DNA from: a virus
Lineage: Duplodnaviria > Caudoviricetes
Strand: one strand, 5' to 3'
Virus record (IMG/VR): IMGVR_UViG_3300028735_000004
Coordinates: 128,001 to 192,000 of that record
Length of the DNA: 64,000 bases
Made by a program: the position numbers and the translations under genes. Positions within the stretch are counted from its first letter, which is position 1, and each line of letters begins with the position of its first letter. Positions 28,415 to 37,914 of the stretch are shown piece by piece. The notes under the pieces are model-generated. The model ran no database searches. It was given only the letters and a program-made list of their open reading frames with translations, and was not told where the DNA came from.

Positions 28415-30529
28415 TTATTTAATATTTTTAAAAATATAGATAGGTTCATATTTTTCTATACCAGCCGATTTATTTAAGTGAGATCTAACGGTTCTTAATT
28501 TAATCGTCTCTACTACCTCTCCAAAATAATCTTTAGTTATGTCTAACATTTTTTTATACTTATTAGTAATATTTAAGCCAAAATATCTGTTAGGTTTTAG
28601 CATATATTTAATATTACTTAATGTATTTTTCCAATAAGTATTATAAAAATAATCTTCTCCTTTATTATAAGCCTGCCTATCATCTTTAGAATAAACTTCT
28701 TGATCAAAATATGGCGGGCTGCTAAAACTGAAATCTATAGAGTTTTCATCTAATTTTACATTTTCAGAACCATCATTAATTAATGTAATATTCTCAAAAT
28801 TAAAATATTCTACTATTTTTTGAAGTTCATCAGTAGTCCAAGGATCGACACCAATATATTTCCTATTACAGCTTGCGGCCCCCAATAATCTGCCACCCCA
28901 TCCAGCCGAATAATCATAAACAATATCGCCCTCATTACTGTATTTCATATACATATATTTTGCTATATTTGGCTTAAATATAGATATACTTGGAACTAGT
29001 CTTGAAGATCTCATACCTTGAATTAACATACGAAAGCATATATTGAAAGTTTCATCATTATCTTCCTTATCCCACCAATCAAAGCCTAGCCTATTAATGA
29101 TTAATCTTTTAAGTTTAGCATCATCTTCAAAAACTTCTTTCATAGTTAATTTATTAAATTCTGTAGCATCGTAAAATTTATGACAAAAATATTTGCATAT
29201 ATCTGTGGCTAAAGAACTATTATTGAATAGTTCATTATTATTTAAATCTGGTTGCCATTGACATAATTTTTTATAACTATTATTGAGTTTTGATGGATTA
29301 TCAGGATATGTCCAGCCCTGCTTTCTAAAATATTCAAAAAGAGGCTCAACCAATGCCATTCTTTCATTATAATCTAATGTTTTAACATATTTAGAAGTTA
29401 TAGGCTTTCCATCAATTACTGCTATTTTTTCAAATAAATATTTACCATCTTTCATAATTTTGACCGCTGTTCTTGGGTAAATTGAATGATTTTTTGCTAT
29501 ATTTATAATGTTTTCATTATTATCAATTTTATTAATAATAATTTTCTTTTCCTCATCAGAAATTTTATATTCTTTTCTTGAAAATTTTCTATTATTTTGC
29601 TGCTCCATAAGATCGAGCATTTTTTGATATTTTCTATCTAATCTGGTATTAATTGTGGATGTATCATATAACCAATGCATTAATTTTAATACTTTTTCAT
29701 TACCATTAGATTCTAACTCATAAGTATTATTATTAGTTTTAGAAATGTAAGATAATCCAATATTAATATTTAATTGTTTAAAAATAATATCCTGTATTAC
29801 TAAACCACATTCTTTTGTAGTTGCTAATGACCATTTCCATTCATTATTTTCTCTTTTACAAATAGATCCATCTCCGTCAAACATACCTCTGATAAACGCA
29901 ATATTTAAATTTGCATCAAGCCATGATGGATATTTAATAATAAAACTTTTTGCTTGATGACAACCTAATTCATCTAATTTAGAAGACAAATGTTTACTAT
30001 ACATTTTAACAGTATAATATTCATATCCTTCTTTATTTTTAGTAAATGTTATCTTACTTTCTGGCAAATCTAAAAATTTAGATATCTTAATTAAATGATT
30101 TAAATCTAATGTTTGTAAAGATAGACTAACCGTATTGGTTTTGACACAATTATAAGCGTCTGCATATAAAAATCCTAACCAATAAGCCTTCTCTTCAGTA
30201 TCTATTTTATCAAATATATGCTGATTAAATTCAGTAAATCTATGAGAATCATTTTTTGATCTTAATTTTCCTGTTTTATCTACCCATTTTTGAATTCTTC
30301 TTTTATCAATTGAAAATTTAATTCCTAAATTTTTAGCCGAAACACCTTTATTATATAATTCACAAATATAATTTATTTTATCTTCATTGAACTCTTCTTT
30401 TAAAATACTCCAGTTATTTTGACCCAATACATCATTTATATATTGTATTGGTATATTTAATATTTTTGATATTCGTCTAATGGCAAAACCACTTTCAATC
30501 ATATGTTTGATTTGTAAATTATCCATCAT
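28415..30529 (-). CDS. LAGLIDADG endonuclease fused to an amino-DNA methyltransferase
   Basis: EKAYWLGFLYAD and FIRGMFDGDG in the N-half; YDYSAGWGGRLLGA and FSSPPYF in the C-half; one unbroken ORF. Confidence 0.8.
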   Translation of the reverse strand: MMDNLQIKHMIESGFAIRRISKILNIPIQYINDVLGQNNWSILKEEFNEDKINYICELYNKGVSAKNLGIKFSIDKRRIQKWVDKTGKLRSKNDSHRFTEFNQHIFDKIDTEEKAYWLGFLYADAYNCVKTNTVSLSLQTLDLNHLIKISKFLDLPESKITFTKNKEGYEYYTVKMYSKHLSSKLDELGCHQAKSFIIKYPSWLDANLNIAFIRGMFDGDGSICKRENNEWKWSLATTKECGLVIQDIIFKQLNINIGLSYISKTNNNTYELESNGNEKVLKLMHWLYDTSTINTRLDRKYQKMLDLMEQQNNRKFSRKEYKISDEEKKIIINKIDNNENIINIAKNHSIYPRTAVKIMKDGKYLFEKIAVIDGKPITSKYVKTLDYNERMALVEPLFEYFRKQGWTYPDNPSKLNNSYKKLCQWQPDLNNNELFNNSSLATDICKYFCHKFYDATEFNKLTMKEVFEDDAKLKRLIINRLGFDWWDKEDNDETFNICFRMLIQGMRSSRLVPSISIFKPNIAKYMYMKYSNEGDIVYDYSAGWGGRLLGAASCNRKYIGVDPWTTDELQKIVEYFNFENITLINDGSENVKLDENSIDFSFSSPPYFDQEVYSKDDRQAYNKGEDYFYNTYWKNTLSNIKYMLKPNRYFGLNITNKYKKMLDITKDYFGEVVETIKLRTVRSHLNKSAGIEKYEPIYIFKNIK

Positions 30530-31110
30530 TCAATATTATTTAATTTTAAATAAACCCTATTAATCCATTCTTTAAATTCTGAAAAACTTCTTTCTCGTTT
30601 AGCATAATTACAATATTTACAACAAGCAACGCAGTTTTCTTTTGAATGATTTTTACTATTATCTATTCTATCTAAACCATTATAGATAAAATCTCCATTT
30701 TGTTTCATATTTTGAGAAGAAAATTTAGTTGAAGCATTTTGAATATTTGCTGGTAAATTTCCGCAATAAAAACAATTATTTTGAGATATTAAATAAAAAT
30801 CTTCAAATGGCATTTCTTTATATCTATTTTTCCATACTTTTCTCGCAGAAGCTTCAGCTGGAGAATATTTAATTTTTTTAGAATACATTTTATCAGCTCT
30901 TAAAGATCTTTGTTTATTATTCAAACAGCCGCAAGACTTGGTTCCAGAGCTTCTTAATTCTTCTGTTTTTATAACTTTAAAGTTACCGCAATCACACTTG
31001 CACAACCAGGCGGATCTTCCATTAATTGGATCTGCATAGTCGATTACAGATAATTGATTATATTTTTGATTAATAAGATTTAATCTCTTCATACAAAGAA
31101 GATATATCAA
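30526..31110 (-). CDS. HNH homing endonuclease
   Basis: WLCKCDCG..SCGC; CFYC...NGLDRIDNSKNHSKENCVACCKYCN. Confidence 0.87.
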   Translation of the reverse strand: MIYLLCMKRLNLINQKYNQLSVIDYADPINGRSAWLCKCDCGNFKVIKTEELRSSGTKSCGCLNNKQRSLRADKMYSKKIKYSPAEASARKVWKNRYKEMPFEDFYLISQNNCFYCGNLPANIQNASTKFSSQNMKQNGDFIYNGLDRIDNSKNHSKENCVACCKYCNYAKRERSFSEFKEWINRVYLKLNNIE

Positions 31111-31148
31111 GCAATTTATTATTTGGGTTCAATAAATTAAAATAAAAG

Positions 31149-31175
31149 AAAAAGGCCGGATAAACCGACCTTTTT
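31149..31175 (-). terminator. Intrinsic terminator after the major capsid gene
   Basis: Minus strand AAAAAGGTCGG-TTTAT-CCGGCCTTTTT hairpin with T tail. Confidence 0.75.
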
Positions 31176-31198
31176 CATATCTTATTAGTTATTTACGC

Positions 31199-32209
31199 TC
31201 AGGCGCCGATAACTACTGATTTATTACCCTTTGCAACTCCGCGTGGATTTACGATGCCAATGCCGATGATTTCATTGACTACCCATCCTAATTTTAATTG
31301 TTTTGGTTCGTCAGCTGGTAATACTTCGATGTCTTGACGAATTGGCATTACGCCTACGAAATCTGGATCTGCAGCGGCATATACTGTTCCTGGTGGAACG
31401 ATTTTGCTTACAAGGATATCTGCGCCCCAGATACGAGCATAAAGACCTGTTTGGAGGATTTCGCGTTGTGTGACTGGATCTACATCGCCGCCACCTACGC
31501 CTTGACCACCACCAGAACCCCATTGGAGAATATCGTTGAATTCATTGATATTCATAAAGAATTTGCTGGTTACTAAGTCCCAACGATCTACTTGGCGTTT
31601 GAGAGCCGCTAAATCGCGTTTTAATAGACCTGAATCAGCAATATCTTGTGCTGTATTTTCGATACCAGCAGCTGCATCAACGGCCGCGAAGACGTTAGCA
31701 TCTTCTTGAGCCATAATTTCTTGACGAGCTTTTTGAACTGCACGGTCGATTACATTGAATCTGCGACGTTTTACTTCTGCTAAACGAACTGTTGGATTTG
31801 AGTAAAGTTCGAATTCTGGAACTGTTACGCGATCACCAAAAACGCGGCTTTCTGGGCCTGAACCGTTTGAGGAAATAACGACGGCAGTTACATCAATATC
31901 GCGATCGTAAACTGGAAGCGCGCCTTGCGCTAATGGATCAACCGTTAACATTTTACGAGCAATTCCATGATAATCTAAGTTTCTACGAATTGGATTTGCC
32001 ATTGCTTGAGCAAGAGCAAGTTTGCCTTCTTGGGTCATGATTGCACGTGCAATTAATTCATCGCGTTTAGCTTCTGGAAGACCTGAAGCAAGACCTGCGT
32101 TTGAAGGTAAATTATCTTGCATTACTGAAGCAAGTTTGGCTAAAGTTTGCATTGCATCTCTTACTGATGAGGCGTTTAATTCGCCTTTTGAGTTAAAAAT
32201 TTCAGACAT
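31199..32209 (-). CDS. Major capsid protein (HK97 fold)
   Basis: LAQAMANPIRRNLDY, PVYDRD, VTVPEFEL, IWGADI, E..GIGIVNP; GGAG RBS; terminator; GC content visibly higher than flanks. Confidence 0.88.
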   Translation of the reverse strand: MSEIFNSKGELNASSVRDAMQTLAKLASVMQDNLPSNAGLASGLPEAKRDELIARAIMTQEGKLALAQAMANPIRRNLDYHGIARKMLTVDPLAQGALPVYDRDIDVTAVVISSNGSGPESRVFGDRVTVPEFELYSNPTVRLAEVKRRRFNVIDRAVQKARQEIMAQEDANVFAAVDAAAGIENTAQDIADSGLLKRDLAALKRQVDRWDLVTSKFFMNINEFNDILQWGSGGGQGVGGGDVDPVTQREILQTGLYARIWGADILVSKIVPPGTVYAAADPDFVGVMPIRQDIEVLPADEPKQLKLGWVVNEIIGIGIVNPRGVAKGNKSVVIGA

Positions 32210-32294
32210 ATATGTTCTCCGTTAATTGAATTTATTTGCCAGTTTCCCAGCGGTATAAAAATACCTACTTTAATATTATATTATTACTATATGT

Positions 32295-33719
32295 TTAAAT
32301 ATTTTTTTCAATTTGTTTTTTAAATTCATGTTTTAATGTATTTAGAACTTCTTCAAAATATTCATTTATTTCTTTATCACTAAGATCCTTTTGATTTAAT
32401 TTGATTTTACCAAATATTAGATCTTTACTTTTATTCATATAGGAAATTATTTTAAATAATACCATCTTCATTAATGCATTATAATCTTTAATATGATTAT
32501 AATTTATATCATACTTAATACTATTAATTACATGCGGTTCAATAAATCTACGATAAAAAATATAATTATCAGTTTTCATTAGATAATAAATTCTTCTACT
32601 TACCTCATTAAATCTTTCATTTTTTGTTAAGTGAGAAAAATCTTCTATGCGTTTTTCTTCGTAGCCTCTGGTTTGAACCGGATTGTCTTGATACGGTAAT
32701 TCTTCTGGCTCGATATCTAATTTTTCCGGAGGTATTCTATAATTGTCTATATTTATTTCATCAATATAATAAACTGGTAAAGAAGTGTGTTTAGATAATT
32801 TTTCTCTAAAAATCTCTAAAATATCATTATTTTCTTCTGGATACATCCTGTTAATTACAATTATAGGCTTTTTGTTTTTCAATCCAGTGATAAACCTAAC
32901 AATTGAACGATAAACCATTTTAGGACCTTTGCCTTTAAAGTCCTTACCGGAAGTTAAATAAATAATACCAACATACTTACTTAATATACTTCCTATTAAA
33001 CTTTTATTATATTCTTCATCTTCCCATTTTTGGCAACTGCTAATTCCTCTCTCTGACATAGTACAAAGATCCCAGGCTCCCTCTTTATCTGCACTGAATA
33101 CAACTTCCATTTTAGAAATAGGTACATTGATTGAACTAAAATTTTTAAACGCTTCTAATTTTTCTATTTGTGGTAAATTGAACATACCAAAACTTTTATA
33201 CAGCATTTCACTTATTTTATTATATACTTTTATTAAACTTTGATCTTTATGGAACACTAATTTTTGATTTATATTATCATATATAGTATCACCTAAAATT
33301 AAGCTCACAGTTCCATCTTCATTTTTTACAATTTGATTCAATGGATTACTTAAAATTACATTGAACTTAAGTAATAAATTATACACTGTTTCTTGTTCAG
33401 GAGAAAATACACGATCCCAAGGTTCAAGATCTTGTTTTTCAACATAAAGTGTTTCCTGATACCTATCAAGATCTTTGCATTTTTCACTAACAATACTTTT
33501 AATTTTAGAAACTAAAGATCTTGCTGATTCTAAAGCATCTAAATTTTCTATATTAGAATCTACCTTTTCTCTAAAATTTTTTAAACCGAAATGTTTGAAT
33601 ACCTTATCTACTTCTTTAATATTTTCAAACGCCTTATGTTCTTTAATCCATTCTGGCATTTCTTTATCTTTGAAAACATCTAATGTTGCCAAAGAATATA
33701 ATAAATAAACATAATTCAT
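32295..33719 (-). CDS. Hypothetical protein
   Basis: 474-aa ORF; DLCTMSERGISSCQ block; no family recognised. Confidence 0.75.
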   Translation of the reverse strand: MNYVYLLYSLATLDVFKDKEMPEWIKEHKAFENIKEVDKVFKHFGLKNFREKVDSNIENLDALESARSLVSKIKSIVSEKCKDLDRYQETLYVEKQDLEPWDRVFSPEQETVYNLLLKFNVILSNPLNQIVKNEDGTVSLILGDTIYDNINQKLVFHKDQSLIKVYNKISEMLYKSFGMFNLPQIEKLEAFKNFSSINVPISKMEVVFSADKEGAWDLCTMSERGISSCQKWEDEEYNKSLIGSILSKYVGIIYLTSGKDFKGKGPKMVYRSIVRFITGLKNKKPIIVINRMYPEENNDILEIFREKLSKHTSLPVYYIDEINIDNYRIPPEKLDIEPEELPYQDNPVQTRGYEEKRIEDFSHLTKNERFNEVSRRIYYLMKTDNYIFYRRFIEPHVINSIKYDINYNHIKDYNALMKMVLFKIISYMNKSKDLIFGKIKLNQKDLSDKEINEYFEEVLNTLKHEFKKQIEKNI

Positions 33720-33733
33720 ATTTATATGCTTAA

Positions 33734-34989
33734 ATATGTAATGCTGGTATTAAGCACGAGATAGCTAAAAGAATAATGTATAGCATTATTCCAAGTTTAG
33801 CAACAACTACCGAAATGTACTTTATCTCTGGAATTGTAGATTATAAAGCGTTAAGAGCTGTGAATTAATTAAATACGGCATTAGAGCAATTTCTAACGAA
33901 TTAGAACATTTTGTTATAACTAAACAATTTAAAGAACCTAAAAATAAAAATTTATATAATGAAACCCAATTATACAAAGAAACAAATATTTTAAAATTTT
34001 TAGAAAATGCTATCAAAATTTTTAATATAAATTGGACCGGTGAAAGAGGTGGTGCCAATTATTCAATGGATATGTTTGGTGGAGAACCTTGGGCAGAAAT
34101 TAGTAAAAGTTTATTTAAAATAGCCAAATTGAATATTGAAGCTAAAAAAATTAAAAAACAACAAAATATGAAACAAGAAATGAACATCTTGCAACAATTA
34201 GTTGTAGAATTAAATATCTTTGATGGTTTAAGTCATAATACTGATAGTATATTAAAAAATATTCTTAATGAAGAATATAAAGATAAAAAAGAATATCCGG
34301 CACCAAATGATTATAAATTACTAAATGAACAAGGATTACATCAATCAAATGAATTTAAAGATTTAAAATATTTGGATTTAAAATATTTGATGGATTTAAA
34401 AGAAATAATGGATCCAGTCGATGTTTATAAAGAAATAGAAAAAACTCTCACTGAAAGTGGAGATATTCATCGTTTTAAAGATTGGACTACTAAAATAAGA
34501 CAACATCCAAAATATCGCGAAAAATCTGATATTGGATATGAATTATTTCTTATTAAGTATCGTAAAGAATTTTTATATTATATTAAGCAGATTAATATGG
34601 CGATAGACTATATAGATGATGTTATTAATTTAATTAAAGATACTGATGAAATTCAAAGTAATGAAAAAGCAATTAATTTAGCAATTCAAAAAGCATCTGT
34701 AATATTTTATCCAACAATTTTTAGATATAGAAAAGATATTGTAGATGAAGTTATACCAAGAACATCAAATCCTAATAAAATTTATGATTTGTTAAAAAAG
34801 ATGGATTTACTTGCTTACGATGAAATGAAAAATAAAGACTCAATTATAAATCAAATATTTAGAAGCCATTCTTTAAGTCCATTTGAATTTAAAACAAAAC
34901 CAAATATTTTAATCCAAGGTCTGATTAATGATTTGGAAAAATTAAAGAGACATTTACAAAAAGTGTCAAATTATTTACAATCTGTGTAA
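33734..34989 (+). pseudogene. Truncated, frameshifted paralog of 2888-3772
   Basis: ICNAGIKHEIAKRIMYSIIPSLA...KALRAV then an out-of-frame join near 33861 to ELIKYGIRAISNEL, continuous with track ORF 34066-34989. Confidence 0.78.
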
Positions 34990-35870
34990 TCGTTTTCCCA
35001 TATCGTAATTAAATTATATCCAGACTTTTTAAGCACAGATTCCTTTTCTAAAGTTTCTTGATATAATTCTCCAAAAGTTTTTTTACTATGCGGATTAATT
35101 TTTTCTGCAGAATATTTTTTAGGATTTCCGTGCCAATAATCTCCATAAAATTCATAAATCGTATTAGTCTCTGGAACATAGGCATCTACTTTAAAAGTTT
35201 TATTATTAATTTTAATTATTTTTTGACGACAATTTTCCGGAATATTTAATGAATTAAGCCAAATTTGTTCTATTTTAGATACATTATATGAACATTTACT
35301 GCAGCCCTGTCCATTAAGATGCTTAATCGCCGATTGTTTAAATTCACCGTGTTTTGGACAAATTATTATTAAATAATCACGAGTATTTTTATATTTAACT
35401 ATTTTATATTCATAATAATTATTATGTATTAATTTACATTTATCTATAACATCTTTTAAAGTAAATGCATATATATTTGATAATTTTTCAAATTTGCAAG
35501 CTGGACATCCTTGTCCTTTTAAATGAGATATTGGGCTTTGTTTAAATTCTCCGTGATTTTTACAAAAAATAATTAATTTATACTTATTATGTTTGTAATC
35601 TGATTTTGAATAATCATATTTATAATTATGAATATTATTAGCCTGATCTATAAATTCTTTTAGTGTTTTTTGCTTATTATTGCTGCAAGCGCTACATCCA
35701 AAGCCACTTAAATGATGATCTGGTCTTTGATAAAAACTTCCGTGAATTAAGCATATTATTTCTATATTAGTTTTTGCATTAATATAATTACATTTAGAAT
35801 AATCATATCTATTATTATGAGCTTGTTTTGCTCTATATATAAACTCATCTGTGGTTAGTTTGTGGCTCAT
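34971..35870 (-). CDS. DUF723-like Zn-ribbon repeat protein with C-terminal PD-(D/E)xK/Vsr-like nuclease
   Basis: Three YDYS..Y......I.C..HG.F.Q....HL.G.GC..C repeats; VDAY..IYEFYGDYWHG. Confidence 0.8.
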   Translation of the reverse strand: MSHKLTTDEFIYRAKQAHNNRYDYSKCNYINAKTNIEIICLIHGSFYQRPDHHLSGFGCSACSNNKQKTLKEFIDQANNIHNYKYDYSKSDYKHNKYKLIIFCKNHGEFKQSPISHLKGQGCPACKFEKLSNIYAFTLKDVIDKCKLIHNNYYEYKIVKYKNTRDYLIIICPKHGEFKQSAIKHLNGQGCSKCSYNVSKIEQIWLNSLNIPENCRQKIIKINNKTFKVDAYVPETNTIYEFYGDYWHGNPKKYSAEKINPHSKKTFGELYQETLEKESVLKKSGYNLITIWENDYTDCK

Positions 35871-35885
35871 AAAATAATATATAAC

Positions 35886-35915
35886 AAAAAAGGAGCCGAT
35901 TTCTCGGCTCCTTTT
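35886..35915 (-). terminator. Intrinsic terminator
   Basis: GGAGCCGA-GAAA-TCGGCTCC perfect stem followed by a T tract. Confidence 0.85.
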
Positions 35916-35935
35916 ACAACCTAATTAATTAAATT

Positions 35936-36601
35936 TTAGGCTAATTTACCGGCCCAAGTGATGACTGCATGTTGAAACTGGCGTTGAAGAGGACCGCCGC
36001 CAGAATTAAGAGCAGCAACGAGGCTGTTTGGTGTACGAACTAAAGAGCCGTTTGTTGCAAATTCTACGAAGCGACCTACTACTGGAGCGCCACCAACTGC
36101 TGCACCAGAGCCAACTGCTGTTAATTTACCAGTAGCTGTATATGTAAGTGATGTACCTACTGCTAATGATGCATTGGTTGGAACAATTGATGCGGTATCA
36201 ACTGCATCGAGCGTAACGCCATAGAGACCTGGTTTGTCCCAGAGCGTAATCTTACCGCTACCGACTGCTGTGTGCGGGCCAAGAGCTGCACCAGTGCTAA
36301 CTACTTGACCTGCAGTGCCACCAACTACTGCACCGAAAAGTGTACCGTAGTAAGCTGTACCATCATCCGCAAGGAATAATGGGGCGCTTGAAGAAGTTAA
36401 GGTGAATGTTACAGCTGGACGAGTTTTACTTGATGTACCAACATAACCGTCAAATGAATCAGCTGACGCTAAATCAGTGCCAGTTGTTGAAACTCCAACA
36501 AAAGTACATACTTCACCGCCTAAAAAGGAGGAAAGTTGTGAATCATAACCGTCAAATTGACCGAGAGGTTGTGTACCTGGATTTAAAAGAATTAATGCCA
36601 T
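35936..36601 (-). CDS. Putative capsid decoration/cement protein
   Basis: Gly/Ala/Thr-rich, own terminator, near MCP; GSGKITLW shared with 42485-43177. Confidence 0.55.
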   Translation of the reverse strand: MALILLNPGTQPLGQFDGYDSQLSSFLGGEVCTFVGVSTTGTDLASADSFDGYVGTSSKTRPAVTFTLTSSSAPLFLADDGTAYYGTLFGAVVGGTAGQVVSTGAALGPHTAVGSGKITLWDKPGLYGVTLDAVDTASIVPTNASLAVGTSLTYTATGKLTAVGSGAAVGGAPVVGRFVEFATNGSLVRTPNSLVAALNSGGGPLQRQFQHAVITWAGKLA

Positions 36602-36682
36602 TGTATTTTCCTTAAAATTTTAAACTTACATCTTGAACTTACTAAAATCTATTTTTATATCTTTTTATTGATATAAATATTA

Positions 36683-37891
36683 TTATTTTTTAAATTTTTC
36701 TAATATATCTTTAACACTTGGATCTAAATCTAAATCTTCATCTTCTTCACTATCGATAGTAGCTGTTTCTGTAGATAGTGTGCTTTTTGGCCCTTTAGAT
36801 GGAGCGGATGGGGCCTTAGCAACTTGTTCGACTTGACTTTCTGCGTGATCTACATAATCAATTAAAGTTTTAATGTGAGATACCATTTCTTTTAAACTAT
36901 CTTTTAGTGTTAAAAGAGCATTATCTACATCTTCAAAATCATCTGAAACCACAGTTCTATATACTTTATATAAATATTGAAGCCAATTTGGAGATCTTTC
37001 GTCAACAGACCTTTTGATGTGATCTATTTGATAAATCCAAACTTGAATAGAACTTTCTATTTTTTCAACTAATTCATTGTGTTTTTTAATAAACTCAATA
37101 TCTGATTGAAATTTTTTATTTTCTTCTGGACTTAATTTTTGAATTTCAGAAATATTAACAAAGTTGATGCTTAATTTGTTAAAAATTCTTGTAGAGTTTA
37201 TTAACTCAGATAAAACCTTTTTAATTGAACTAAGCATAGATCTTGCGTTTGGTTCTTGTTGCACACTATCTTTACTTAATAAATCATCTATTTCCGCATT
37301 AACTTTTTCGGCATCATTCTTGACGCCTTGAGATAATGGCCTGGCGTGATTGATCCAAGCGGCAGCCCCAATAACAGCGGCTACTCCAGCTGCAGCATAC
37401 CAAAACCAAGCTTTTTTCTGAATTTTATATTGATCTAATTCATCGATGCAGCTATCCGCTAATACTCTTAATTCATCATTATCAATCGCATCCATATGAT
37501 TTGCTGTTTTAATTAAATCTAATAACAATTCTTGTTTTGCATACTTATAATGATCTAAATATCCTTTATTTGGTTTTAATGCAACATAAGTCATTACATT
37601 GTGTCGTTCATTATTATTTTCAACCAAACCGTTCATCTTGTCATATGATGGAGCGATAATGACCGCATTAGGATGAGCTTCTTCTATAATATTATATTCG
37701 TATTCTTGACCTTCTGGTTTAACTCCATATAAAGCTTCAATAGTTGAAATATCATCTGAACCAACTCTTGGGTATGGTTCTTGCTTTTTATATTTTTCTA
37801 AATCTTTAGGTTCTGCTTTTTTAATGATACCTTTTTCAACCATTAAATCTGCATAATTTTCAAATATTTCGCTTTTGGGTAATTTTGGCAT
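36683..37891 (-). CDS. Putative internal virion protein
   Basis: IIEEAHP module; one hydrophobic helix (WYAAAGVAAVIGAAAW). Confidence 0.6.
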   Translation of the reverse strand: MPKLPKSEIFENYADLMVEKGIIKKAEPKDLEKYKKQEPYPRVGSDDISTIEALYGVKPEGQEYEYNIIEEAHPNAVIIAPSYDKMNGLVENNNERHNVMTYVALKPNKGYLDHYKYAKQELLLDLIKTANHMDAIDNDELRVLADSCIDELDQYKIQKKAWFWYAAAGVAAVIGAAAWINHARPLSQGVKNDAEKVNAEIDDLLSKDSVQQEPNARSMLSSIKKVLSELINSTRIFNKLSINFVNISEIQKLSPEENKKFQSDIEFIKKHNELVEKIESSIQVWIYQIDHIKRSVDERSPNWLQYLYKVYRTVVSDDFEDVDNALLTLKDSLKEMVSHIKTLIDYVDHAESQVEQVAKAPSAPSKGPKSTLSTETATIDSEEDEDLDLDPSVKDILEKFKK

Positions 37892-37914
37892 TGTTTCCTC
37901 AAATATAATACATT

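Noticed and set aside
28415-30529. Intein in the methyltransferase
   Set aside because: The LAGLIDADG domain is N-terminal; no Cys/Ser-start block or His-Asn end is visible.
31199-32209. Encapsulin nanocompartment or NCLDV capsid
   Set aside because: Portal, terminase and prohead protease context indicates a tailed-phage HK97 capsid.
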